Origin: Eledone cirrhosa
Taxonomy: Eukaryota
Length of the DNA stretch: 64,000 nucleotides
Reading direction: 5' to 3'
Assembly (NCBI GenBank): GCA_964016885.1
Contig: OZ024747.1
Coordinates: forward strand, 78,554,001 to 78,618,000
Position numbers and translations under genes: made by a program. Position 1 is the stretch's first letter. The number at the start of each line of letters is the position of its first letter. Shown in pieces: positions 30,001 to 44,500 of this stretch. The notes below the pieces were generated by a model. The model had not been told where the DNA came from, did no database searches, and saw only the letters and a program-made list of their open reading frames with translations.

Positions 30001-33000
30001 ACTATAGAATTAGACTAATACCTGACACTATCTCATGATAACAGTGACCACAACTATAGAATTAGACTAATACCTGACACTATCTCATGACAACAGTGAC
30101 CACAACTATAGAATTAGACTAATACCTGACACTATCTCATGACAACAGTGACCACAACTATAGAATTAGACTAATACCTGACACTATCTCACATCAACAG
30201 TGACCACAACTATAGAATTAGACTAATACCTGACACTATCTCATGACAACAGTGACCACAACTATAGAATTAGACTAATACCTGACACTATCTCATGTCA
30301 ACAGTGACCACAACTATAGAATTAGACTAATACCTGACACTATCTCATGTCAACAGTGACCACAACTATAGAATTAGACTAATACCTGACACTATCTCAT
30401 GACAACAGTGACCACAACTATAGAATTAGACTAATACTTGACACTATCTCATGACAACAGTGACCACACCTATAGAATTAGACTAATACCTGACACTATC
30501 TCATATCAACAGTGACCACAACTATAGAATTAGACTAATACCTGACACTATCTCATGATAACAGTGACCACAACTATAGAATTAGACTAATACCTGACAC
30601 TATCTCATGATAACAGTGACCACAACTATAGAATTAGACTAATACCTGACACTATCTCATGTCAACAGTGACCACAACTATAGAATTAGACTAATACCTG
30701 ACACTATCTCATGACAACAGTGACCACAACTATAGAATTAGACTAATACCTGACACTATTTCATGACAACAGTGACCACAACTATAGAATTAGACTAATA
30801 CCTGACACTATCTCATGATAACAGTGACCACAACTATAGAATTAGACTAATACCTGACACTATCTTATGACAACAGTGACCACAACTATAGAATTAGACT
30901 AATACCTGACACTATCTCATGACAACAGTGACCACAACTATAGAATTAGACTAATACCTGACACTATCTCATGACAACAGTGACCACAACTATAGAATTA
31001 GACTAATACCTGACACTATCTCATGACAACAGTGACCACAACTATAGTATTAGACTAATACCTGACACTATCTCATGACAACAGTGACCACAACTATAGA
31101 ATTAGACTAATACCTGACACTATCTCATATCAACAGTGACCACAACTATAGAATTAGACTAATACCTGACACTATCTCATGACAACAGTGACCACAACTA
31201 TAGAATTAGACTAATACCTGACACTATCTCATGTCAACAGTGACCACAACTATAGAATTAGACTAATACCTGACACTATCTCATGTCAACAGTGACCACA
31301 ACTATAGAATTAGACTAATACCTGACACTATCTCATGACAACAGTGACCACAACTATAGAATTAGACTAATACCTGACACTATCTCATGACAACAGTGAC
31401 CACAATAATAGAATTAGACTAATACCTGACACTATCTCATGACAACAGTGACCACATCTATAGAATTAGACTAATACCTGACACTATCTCATGACAACAG
31501 TGACCACATCTATAGAATTAGACTAATACCAGACACTATCTCATATCAACAGTGACCACAACTATAGAATTAGACTAATACCTGACCCTATCTCATGACA
31601 ACAGTGACCACAACTATAGAATTAGACTAATACCTGACACTATCTCATGACAACAGTGACCACATCTATAGAATTAGACTAATACCTGACACTATCTCAT
31701 GACAACAGTGACCACAACTATAGAATTAGACTAATACCTGACACTATCTCATGACAACAGTGACCACAACTATAGAATTAGACTAATACCTGACACTATC
31801 TCATGACAACAGTGACCACATCTATAGAATTAGACTAATACCTGACACTATCTCATGATAACAGTGACCACAACTATAGAATTAGACTAATACCTGACAC
31901 TATCTTATGACAACAGTGACCACAACTATAGAATTAGACTAATACCTGACACTATCTCATGATAACAGTGACCACAACTATAGAATTAGACTAATACCTG
32001 ACACTATCTCATGACAACAGTGACCACAACTATAGAATTAGACTAATACCTGACACTATCTCATGATAACAGTGACCACAACTATAGAATTAGACTAATA
32101 CCTGACACTATCTCATGACAACAGTGACCACAACTATAGAATTAGACTAATACCTGACACTATCTCATGTCAACAGTGACCACAACTATAGAATTAGACT
32201 AATAGCTGACACTATCTCATGACAACAGTGACCACAACTATAGAATTAGACTAATACCTGACACTATCTCATGACAACAGTGACCACAACTATAGAATTA
32301 GACTAATACCTGACACTATCTCATGACAACAGTGACCACAACTATAGAATTAGACTAATACCTGACACTATCTCATGACAACAGTGACCACAACTATAGA
32401 ATTAGACTAATACCTGACACTATCTCATGACAACAGTGACCACAACTATAGAATTAGACTAATACCTGACACTATCTCATGACAACAGTGACCACAACTA
32501 TAGAATTAGACTAATACCTGACACTATCTCATGTCAACAGTGACCACAACTATAGAATTAGACTAATACCTGACACTATCTCATATCAACAGTGACCACA
32601 ACTATAGAATTAGACTAATACCTGACACTATCTCATGTCAACACTGACCACAACTATAGAATTAGACTAATACCTGACACTATCTCACGTCAACAGTGAC
32701 CACAACTATAGAATTAGACTAATACCTGACACTATCTCGTGTCAACAGTGAACACAACTATAGAATTAGACTAATACCTGACACTATCTCACGTCAACAG
32801 TGACCACAACTATATAATTAGACTAATACCTGACACTATCTCATGACAACAGTGACCACAACTATAGAATTAGACTAATACCTGACACTATCTCATGACA
32901 ACAGTGACCACAACTATAGAATTAGACTAATACCTGACACTATCTCATGTCAACAGTGACCACAACTATAGAATTAGACTAATACCTGACACTATCTCAT

Positions 33001-35400
33001 ATCAACAGTGACCACAACTATAGAATTAGACTAATACCTGACACTATCTCATGACAACAGTGACCACAACTATAGAATTAGACTAATACCTGACACTATC
33101 TCATGACAACAGTGACCACAACTATAGAATTAGACTAATACCTGACACTATCTCATGACAACAGTGACCACAACTATAGAATTAGACTAATAGCTGACAC
33201 TATCTCATGACAACAGTGACCACAACTATAGAATTAGACTAATACCTGACACTATCTCATGTCAACAGTGACCACAACTATAGAATTAGACTAATACCTG
33301 ACACTATCTCACGTCAACAGTGACCACAACTATAGAATTAGACTAATACCTGACACTATCTCATGACAACAGTGACCACAACTATAGAATTAGACTAATA
33401 CCTGACACTATCTCATGACAACAGTGACCACAACTATAGAATTAGACTAATACCTGACACTATCTCATGACAACAGTGACCACAACTATAGAATTAGACT
33501 AATACCTGACACTATCTCATGACAACAGTGACCACAACTATAGAATTAGACTAATAGCTGACACTATCTCATGTCAACAGTGACCACAACTATAGAATTA
33601 GACTAATACCTGACACTATCTCATATCAACAGTGACCACAACTATAGAATTAGACTAATACCTGACACTATCTCATGACAACAGTGACCACAACTATAGA
33701 ATTAGACTAATACCTGACACTATCTCATGACAACAGTGACCACAACTATAGAATTAGACTAATACCTGACACTATCTCATGACAACAGTGACCACAACTA
33801 TAGAATTAGACTAATAGCTGACACTATCTCATGACAACAGTGACCACAACTATAGAATTAGACTAATACCTGACACTATCTCATGTCAACAGTGACCACA
33901 ACTATAGAATTAGACTAATACTTGACACTATCTCATATCAACAGTGACCACAACTATAGAATTAGACTAATACCTGACACTATCTCATGACAACAGTGAC
34001 CACAACTATAGAATTAGACTAATACCTGACACTATCTCATGACAACAGTGACCACAATAATAGAATTAGACTAATACCTGACACTATCTCATGACAACAG
34101 TGACCACATCTATAGAATTAGACTAATACCTGACACTATCTCATGACAACAGTGACCACAACTATAGAATTAGACTAATACCTGACACTATCTCATGACA
34201 ACAGTGACCACAACTATAGAATTAGACTAATACCTGACACTATCTCATGACAACAATGACCACAACTATAGAATTAGACTAATACCTGACACTATCTCAT
34301 GACAACAGTGACCAGAACTATAGAATTAGACTAATACCTGACACTATCTCATGATAACAGTGACCACAACTATAGAATTAGACTAATACCTGACACTATC
34401 TCATGACAACAGTGACCACAACTATAGAATTAGACTAATACCTGACACTATCTCATGACAAGAGTGACCACAACTATAGAATTAGACTAATACCTGACAC
34501 TATCTCACATCAACAGTGACCACAACTATAGAATTAGACTAATACCTGACACTATCTCATGACAACAGTGACCACAACTATAGAATTAGACTAATACCTG
34601 ACACTATCTCATGTCAACAGTGACCACAACTATAGAATTAGACTAATACCTGACACTATCTCATGTCAACAGTGACCACAACTATAGAATTAGACTAATA
34701 CCTGACACTATCTCATGACAACAGTGACCACAACTATAGAATTAGACTAATACTTGACACTATCTCATGACAACAGTGACCACACCTATAGAATTAGACT
34801 AATACCTGACACTATCTCATATCAACAGTGACCACAACTATAGAATTAGACTAATACCTGACACTATCTCATGATAACAGTGACCACAACTATAGAATTA
34901 GACTAATACCTGACACTATCTCATGATAACAGTGACCACAACTATAGAATTAGACTAATACCTGACACTATCTCATGTCAACAGTGACCACAACTATAGA
35001 ATTAGACTAATACCTGACACTATCTCATGACAACAGTGACCACAACTATAGAATTAGACTAATACCTGACACTATTTCATGACAACAGTGACCACAACTA
35101 TAGAATTAGACTAATACCTGACACTATCTCATGATAACAGTGACCACAACTATAGAATTAGACTAATACCTGACACTATCTTATGACAACAGTGACCACA
35201 ACTATAGAATTAGACTAATACCTGACACTATCTCATGACAACAGTGACCACAACTATAGAATTAGACTAATACCTGACACTATCTCATGACAACAGTGAC
35301 CACAACTATAGAATTAGACTAATACCTGACACTATCTCATGACAACAGTGACCACAACTATAGTATTAGACTAATACCTGACACTATCTCATGACAACAG
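27050..35400 (+). repeat. Tandem duplication, offset 78 then 83 monomers (5 extra monomers near 33000-33250)
   Basis: T19A 27475/31531, G40C 28588/32644 and A31G 28683/32739 lie at +4056. G40A 29940/34256, C28T 30760/35076 and A4T 31048/35364 lie at +4316. Confidence 0.9.
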
Positions 35401-35599
35401 TGACCACAACTATAGAATTAGACTAATACCTGACACTATCTCATGACAACAGTGACCACAACTATAGAATTAGACTAATACCTGACACTATCTCATGACA
35501 ACAGTGACCACAACTATAGAATTAGACTAATACCTGACACTATCTCATGACAACAGTGACCACAACTATAGAATTAGACTAATACCTGACACTATCTCA

Positions 35600-38500
35600 T
35601 GACAACAGTGACCACAACTCTAGAATTAGACTAATACCTGACACTATCTCATGACAACAGTGGCCACAACTATAGAATTAGACTAATACCTGACACTATC
35701 TCATGACAACAGTGACCACAACTATAGAATTAGACTAATACCTGACACTATCTCATGACAACAGTGACCACAACTATAGAATTAGACTAATACCTGACAC
35801 TATCTCATGTCAACAGTGACCACAACTATAGAATTAGACTAATACCTGACACTATCTCATGACAACAGTGACCACAACTATAGAATTAGACTAATACCTG
35901 ACACTATCTCATGACAACAGTGACCACAACTATAGAATTAGACTAATACCTGACACTATCTCATGACAACAGTGACCACAACTATAGAATTAGACTAATA
36001 CTTGACACTATCTCATGACAACAGTGACCACACCTATAGAATTAGACTAATACCTGACACTATCTCATATCAACAGTGACCACAACTATAGAATTAGACT
36101 AATACCTGACACTATCTCATGACAACAGTGACCACAACTATAGAATTAGACTAATACCTGACACTATCTCATGTCAACAGTGACCACAACTATAGAATTA
36201 GACTAATACCTGACACTACCTCATGACAACATTGACCACAACTATAGAATTAGACTAATACCTGACACTATCTCATGACAACAGTGACCACAACTATAGA
36301 ATTAGACTAATACCTGACACTATCTCATGACAACAGTGACCACAACTATAGAATTAGACTAATACCTGACACTACCTCATGACAACATTGACCACAACTA
36401 TAGAATTAGACTAATACCTGACACTATCTCATGACAACAGTGACCACAACTATAGAATTAGACTAATACCTGACACTATCACATGACAACAGTGACCACA
36501 ACTATAGAATTAGACTAATACCTGACACTATCTCAAGACAACAGTGACCACAACTATAGAATTAGACTAATACCTGACACTATCTCATGACAACAGTGAC
36601 CACAACTATAGAATTAGACTAATACTTGACACTATCTCATGACAACAGTGACCACACCTATAGAATTAGACTAATACCTGACACTATCTCATATCAACAG
36701 TGACCACAACTATAGAATTAGACTAATACCTGACACTATCTCATGACAACAGTGACCTCAACTATATAATTAGACTAATACCTGACACTATCTCACGTCA
36801 ACAGTGACCACAACTATAGAATTAGACTAATACCTGACACTATCTCATGTCAACATTGACCACAACTCTAGAATTAGACTAATACCTGACACTATCTCAT
36901 GACAACAGTGACCTCAACTATAGAATTAGACTAATACCTGACACTATCTCATGACAACAGTGACCACAACTATAGAATTAGACTAATACCTGACACTATC
37001 TCACGTCAACAGTGACCACAACTATAGAATTAGACTAATACCTGACACTATCTCACGTCAACAGTGACCACAACTATAGAATTAGACTAATACCTGACAC
37101 TATCTCATGACAACAGTGACCACAACTATAGAATTAGACTAATACCTGACACTATCTCATGACAACAGTGACCACACCTATAGAATTAGACTAATACCTG
37201 ACACTATCTCATGACAACAGTGACCACAACTATAGAATTAGACTAATACCTGACACTATCTCATGACAACAGTGACCACAACTATAGAATTAGACTAATA
37301 CCTGACACTATCTCATGACAACAGTGACCACAACTATAGAATTAGACTAATACCTGACACTATCTCATGATAACAGTGACCTCAACTATAGAATTAGACT
37401 AATACCTGACACTATCTCATGTCAACAGTGACCACAACTATAGAATTAGACTAATACCTGACACTATCTCATGACAACAGTGACCACAACTATAGAATTA
37501 GACTAATACCTGACACTATCTCATGTCAACAGTGACCACAACTATAGAATTAGACTAATACCTGACACTATCTCATGTCAACAGTGACCACAACTATAGA
37601 ATTAGACTAATACCTGACACTATCTCATGACAACAGTGACCACAACTATAGAATTAGACTAATACCTGACACTATCTCATGTCAACAGTGACCACAACTA
37701 TAGAATTAGACTAATACCTGACACTATCTCATGACAACAGTGACCACAACTATAGAATTAGACTAATACCTGACACTATCTCATGACAACAGTGACCACA
37801 CCTATAGAATTAGACTAATACCTGACACTATCTCATGTCAACAGTGACCACAACTATAGAATTAGACTAATACCTGACACTATCTCATGACAACAGTGAC
37901 CACAACTATAGAATTAGACTAATACCTGACACTATCTCATGACAACAGTGACCACAACTATAGAATTAGACTAATACCTGACACTATCTCATGACAACAG
38001 TGACCACAACTATAGAATTAGACTAATACCTGACACTATCTCATGTCAACAGTGACCACAACTATAGAATTAGACTAATACCTGACACTATCTCATGACA
38101 ACAGTGACCACAACTATAGAATTAGACTAATACCTGACACTATCTCATGACAACAGTGACCACAACTATAGAATTAGACTAATACCTGACACTATCTCAT
38201 GACAACAGTGACCACAACTATAGAATTAGACTAATACCTGACACTATCTCATGTCAACAGTGACCACAACTATAGAATTAGACTAATACCTGACACTATC
38301 TCATGTCAACAGTGACCACAACTATAGAATTAGACTAATACCTGACACTATCTCATGACAACAGTGACCACAACTATAGAATTAGACTAATACCTGACAC
38401 TATCTCATGTCAACAGTGACCACAACTATAGAATTAGACTAATACCTGACACTATCTCATGACAACAGTGACCACAACTATAGAATTAGACTAATACCTG

Positions 38501-41500
38501 ACACTATCTCATGACAACAGTGACCACACCTATAGAATTAGACTAATACCTGACACTATCTCACGTCAACAGTGACCACAACTATAGAATTAGACTAATA
38601 CCTGACACTATCTCATGACAACAGTGACCACAACTATAGAATTAGACTAATACCTGACACTATCTCATGACAACAGTGACCACAACTATAGAATTAGACT
38701 AATACCTGACACTATCTCATGACAACAGTGACCACAACTATAGAATTAGACTAATACCTGACACTATCTCATGTCAACAGTGACCACAACTATAGAATTA
38801 GACTAATACCTGACACTATCTCATGACAACAGTGACCACAACTATAGAATTAGACTAATACCTGACACTATCTCATGACAACAGTGACCACAACTATAGA
38901 ATTAGACTAATACCTGACACTATCTCATGTCAACAGTGACCACAACTATAGAATTAGACTAATACCTGACACTATCTCATGACAACAGTGACCACAACTA
39001 TAGAATTAGACTAATACTTGACACTATCTCATGACAACAGTGACCACACCTATAGAATTAGACTAATACCTGACACTATCTCATATCAACAGTGACCACA
39101 ACTATAGAATTAGACTAATACCTGACACTATCTCATGACAACAGTGACCACAACTATAGAATTAGACTAATACCTGACACTATCTCATGTCAACAGTGAC
39201 CACAACTATAGAATTAGACTAATACCTGACACTACCTCATGACAACATTGACCACAACTATAGAATTAGACTAATACCTGACACTATCTCATGACAACAG
39301 TGACCACAACTATAGAATTAGACTAATACCTGACACTATCTCATGACAACAGTGACCACAACTATAGAATTAGACTAATACCTGACACTACCTCATGACA
39401 ACATTGACCACAACTATAGAATTAGACTAATACCTGACACTATCTCATGACAACAGTGACCACAACTATAGAATTAGACTAATACCTGACACTATCACAT
39501 GACAACAGTGACCACAACTATAGAATTAGACTAATACCTGACACTATCTCATGACAACAGTGACCACAACTATAGAATTAGACTAATACCTGACACTATC
39601 TCATGACAACAGTGACCACAACTATAGAATTAGACTAATACTTGACACTATCTCATGACAACAGTGACCACACCTATAGAATTAGACTAATACCTGACAC
39701 TATCTCATATCAACAGTGACCACAACTATAGAATTAGACTAATACCTGACACTATCTCATGACAACAGTGACCTCAACTATATAATTAGACTAATACCTG
39801 ACACTATCTCACGTCAACAGTGACCACAACTATAGAATTAGACTAATACCTGACACTATCTCATGTCAACAGTGACCACAACTCTAGAATTAGACTAATA
39901 CCTGACACTATCTCATGACAACAGTGACCTCAACTATAGAATTAGACTAATACCTGACACTATCTCATGACAACAGTGACCACAACTATAGAATTAGACT
40001 AATACCTGACACTATCTCACGTCAACAGTGACCACAACTATAGAATTAGACTAATACCTGACACTATCTCACGTCAACAGTGACCACAACTATAGAATTA
40101 GACTAATACCTGACACTATCTCATGACAACAGTGACCACAACTATAGAATTAGACTAATACCTGACACTATCTCATGACAACAGTGACCACACCTATAGA
40201 ATTAGACTAATACCTGACACTATCTCATGACAACAGTGACCACAACTATAGAATTAGACTAATACCTGACACTATCTCATGACAACAGTGACCACAACTA
40301 TAGAATTAGACTAATACCTGACACTATCTCATGACAACAGTGACCACAACTATAGAATTAGACTAATACCTGACACTATCTCATGATAACAGTGACCTCA
40401 ACTATAGAATTAGACTAATACCTGACACTATCTCATGTCAACAGTGACCACAACTATAGAATTAGACTAATACCTGACACTATCTCATGACAACAGTGAC
40501 CACAACTATAGAATTAGACTAATACCTGACACTATCTCATGTCAACAGTGACCACAACTATAGAATTAGATTAATACCTGACACTATCTCATGACAACAG
40601 TGACCACAACTATAGAATTAGACTAATACCTGACACTATCTCATGTCAACAGTGACCACAACTATAGAATTAGACTAATACCTGACACTATCTCATGTCA
40701 ACAGTGACCACAACTCTAGAATTAGACTAATACCTGACACTATCTCATGACAACAGTGACCTCAACTATAGAATTAGACTAATACCTGACACTATCTCAT
40801 GACAACAGTGACCACAACTATAGAATTAGACTAATACCTGACACTATCTCATGACAACAGTGACCACAACTATAGAATTAGACTAATACCTGACACTATC
40901 TCATGACAACAGTGACCACAACTATAGAATTAGACTAATACCTGACACTATCTCATGATAACAGTGACCACAACTATAGAATTAGACTAATACCTGACAC
41001 TATCTCATGTCAACAGTGACCACAACTCTAGAATTAGACTAATACCTGACACTATCTCATGACAACAGTGACCACAACTATAGAATTAGACTAATACCTG
41101 ACACTATCTCATGATAACAGTGACCACAACTATAGAATTAGACTAATACCTGACACTATCTCATGTCAACAGTGACCACAACTCTAGAATTAGACTAATA
41201 CCTGACACTATCTCATGACAACAGTGACCACAACTATAGAATTAGACTAATACCTGACACTATCTCATGACAACAGTGACCACAACTATAGAATTAGACT
41301 AATACCTGACACTATCTCATGACAACAGTGACCACAACTATAGAATTAGTCTAATACCTGACACTATCTCATGACAACAGTGACCACAACTATAGAATTA
41401 GACTAATACCTGACACTATCTCATGATAACAGTGACCACAACTATAGAATTAGACTAATACCTGACACTATCTCATGTCAACAGTGACCACAACTCTAGA

Positions 41501-44500
41501 ATTAGACTAATACCTGACACTATCTCATGACAACAGTGACCACAACTATAGAATTAGACTAATACCTGACACTATCTCATGACAACAGTGACCACACCTA
41601 TAGAATTAGACTAATACCTGACACTATCTCATGACAACAGTGACCACAACTATAGAATTAGACTAATACCTGACACTACCTCATGACAACAGTGACCACA
41701 ACTATAGAATTAGACTAATACCTGACACTATCTCATGACAACAGTGGCCACAACTATAGAATTAGACTAATACCTGACACTATCTCATGACAACAGTGAC
41801 CACAACTATAGAATTAGACTAATACCTGACACTATCTCATGACAACAGTGACCACAACTATAGAATTAGACTAATACCTGACACTATCTCATGTTTCTAT
41901 TGCATCTAATGTTCTGTAATATTATGATGGTAATTTGGAAAGATTAAAACAAAATTTTTAAAAATAGAATTAGACTAATACCTGACACTATCTCATGTCA
42001 ACAGTGACCACAACTATAGAATTAGACTAATACCTGACACTATCTCATGACAACAGTGACCACAACTATAGAATTAGACTAATACTTGACACTATCTCAT
42101 GACAACAGTGACCACACCTATAGAATTAGACTAATACCTGACACTATCTCATATCAACAGTGACCACAACTATAGAATTAGACTAATACCTGACACTATC
42201 TCATGACAACAGTGACCACAACTATAGAATTAGACTAATACCTGACACTATCTCATGTCAACAGTGACCACAACTATAGAATTAGACTAATACCTGACAC
42301 TACCTCATGACAACATTGACCACAACTATAGAATTAGACTAATACCTGACACTATCTCATGACAACAGTGACCACAACTATAGAATTAGACTAATACCTG
42401 ACACTATCTCATGACAACAGTGACCACAACTATAGAATTAGACTAATACCTGACACTACCTCATGACAACATTGACCACAACTATAGAATTAGACTAATA
42501 CCTGACACTATCTCATGACAACAGTGACCACAACTATAGAATTAGACTAATACCTGACACTATCTCATGTCAACAGTGACCACAACTATAGAATTAGACT
42601 AATACCTGACACTATCTCATGACAACAGTGACCACAACTATAGAATTAGACTAATACCTGACACTATCTCATGACAACAGTGACCACAACTATAGAATTA
42701 GACTAATACTTGACACTATCTCATGACAACAGTGACCACACCTATAGAATTAGACTAATACCTGACACTATCTCATATCAACAGTGACCACAACTATAGA
42801 ATTAGACTAATACCTGACACTATCTCATGACAACAGTGACCTCAACTATATAATTAGACTAATACCTGACACTATCTCACGTCAACAGTGACCACAACTA
42901 TAGAATTAGACTAATACCTGACACTATCTCATGACAACAGTGACCACAACTATAGAATTAGACTAATACCTGACACTATCTCACGTCAACAGTGACCACA
43001 ACTATAGAATTAGACTAATACCTGACACTATCTCACGTCAACAGTGACCACAACTATAGAATTAGACTAATACCTGACACTATCTCATGACAACAGTGAC
43101 CACAACTATAGAATTAGACTAATACCTGACACTATCTCATGACAACAGTGACCACACCTATAGAATTAGACTAATACCTGACACTATCTCATGACAACAG
43201 TGACCACAACTATAGAATTAGACTAATACCTGACACTATCTCATGACAACAGTGACCACAACTATAGAATTAGACTAATACCTGACACTATCTCATGACA
43301 ACAGTGACCACAACTATAGAATTAGACTAATACCTGACACTATCTCATGATAACAGTGACCTCAACTATAGAATTAGACTAATACCTGACACTATCTCAT
43401 GTCAACAGTGACCACAACTATAGAATTAGACTAATACCTGACACTATCTCATGACAACAGTGACCACAACTATAGAATTAGACTAATACCTGACACTATC
43501 TCATGTCAACAGTGACCACAACTATAGAATTAGACTAATACCTGACACTATCTCATGTCAACAGTGACCACAACTATAGAATTAGACTAATACCTGACAC
43601 TATCTCATGACAACAGTGACCACAACTATAGAATTAGACTAATACCTGACACTATCTCATGTCAACAGTGACCACAACTATAGAATTAGACTAATACCTG
43701 ACACTATCTCATGACAACAGTGACCACAACTATAGAATTAGACTAATACCTGACACTATCTCATGTCAACAGTGACCACAACTATAGAATTAGACTAATA
43801 CCTGACACTATCTCATGTCAACAGTGACCACAACTCTAGAATTAGACTAATACCTGACACTATCTCATGACAACAGTGACCTCAACTATAGAATTAGACT
43901 AATACCTGACACTATCTCATGACAACAGTGACCACAACTATAGAATTAGACTAATACCTGACACTATCTCATGACAACAGTGACCACAACTATAGAATTA
44001 GACTAATACCTGACACTATCTCATGACAACAGTGACCACAACTATAGAATTAGACTAATACCTGACACTATCTCATGATAACAGTGACCACAACTATAGA
44101 ATTAGACTAATACCTGACACTATCTCATGTCAACAGTGACCACAACTATAGAATTAGACTAATACCTGACACTATCTCATGACAACAGTGACCACAACTA
44201 TAGAATTAGACTAATACCTGACACTATCTCATGATAACAGTGACCACAACTATAGAATTAGACTAATACCTGACACTATCTCATGTCAACAGTGACCACA
44301 ACTCTAGAATTAGACTAATACCTGACACTATCTCATGACAACAGTGACCACAACTATAGAATTAGACTAATACCTGACACTATCTCATGACAACAGTGAC
44401 CACAACTATAGAATTAGACTAATACCTGACACTATCTCATGACAACAGTGACCACAACTATAGAATTAGACTAATACCTGACACTATCTCATGACAACAG

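Larger units (their letters stand above)
1..41894 (+). repeat. 52-bp tandem satellite array, left part (about 805 monomers)
   Basis: The monomer TAGAATTAGACTAATACCTGACACTATCTCATGACAACAGTGACCACAACTA starts at 1+52k. The 60-nt line pattern recurs every 780 nt (15 x 52) with no phase shift. Most copies carry 0-3 substitutions. The array runs off the left edge of the window. Confidence 0.99.

Noticed and set aside
41891-41947. Small ORF MFLLHLMFCNIMMVIWKD* created at the left junction of the foreign segment
   Set aside because: It has only 18 codons, the ATG comes from the satellite, and there is no supporting promoter, RBS or recognisable homology. An ORF this short is expected by chance.
41893-41964. 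Frame reading VSIASNVL*YYDGNLERLKQNF*K, open if TAA encodes Gln (ciliate-type code)
   Set aside because: It is too short to distinguish from chance, and nothing else in the window indicates a non-standard code. A TBLASTN or BLASTX hit would be needed.
41895-41969. MITE or piggyBac-like element
   Set aside because: The inverted match is only 7 bp and its right copy lies mostly in satellite sequence. TTAA is not duplicated on both sides and there is no second copy in the window.
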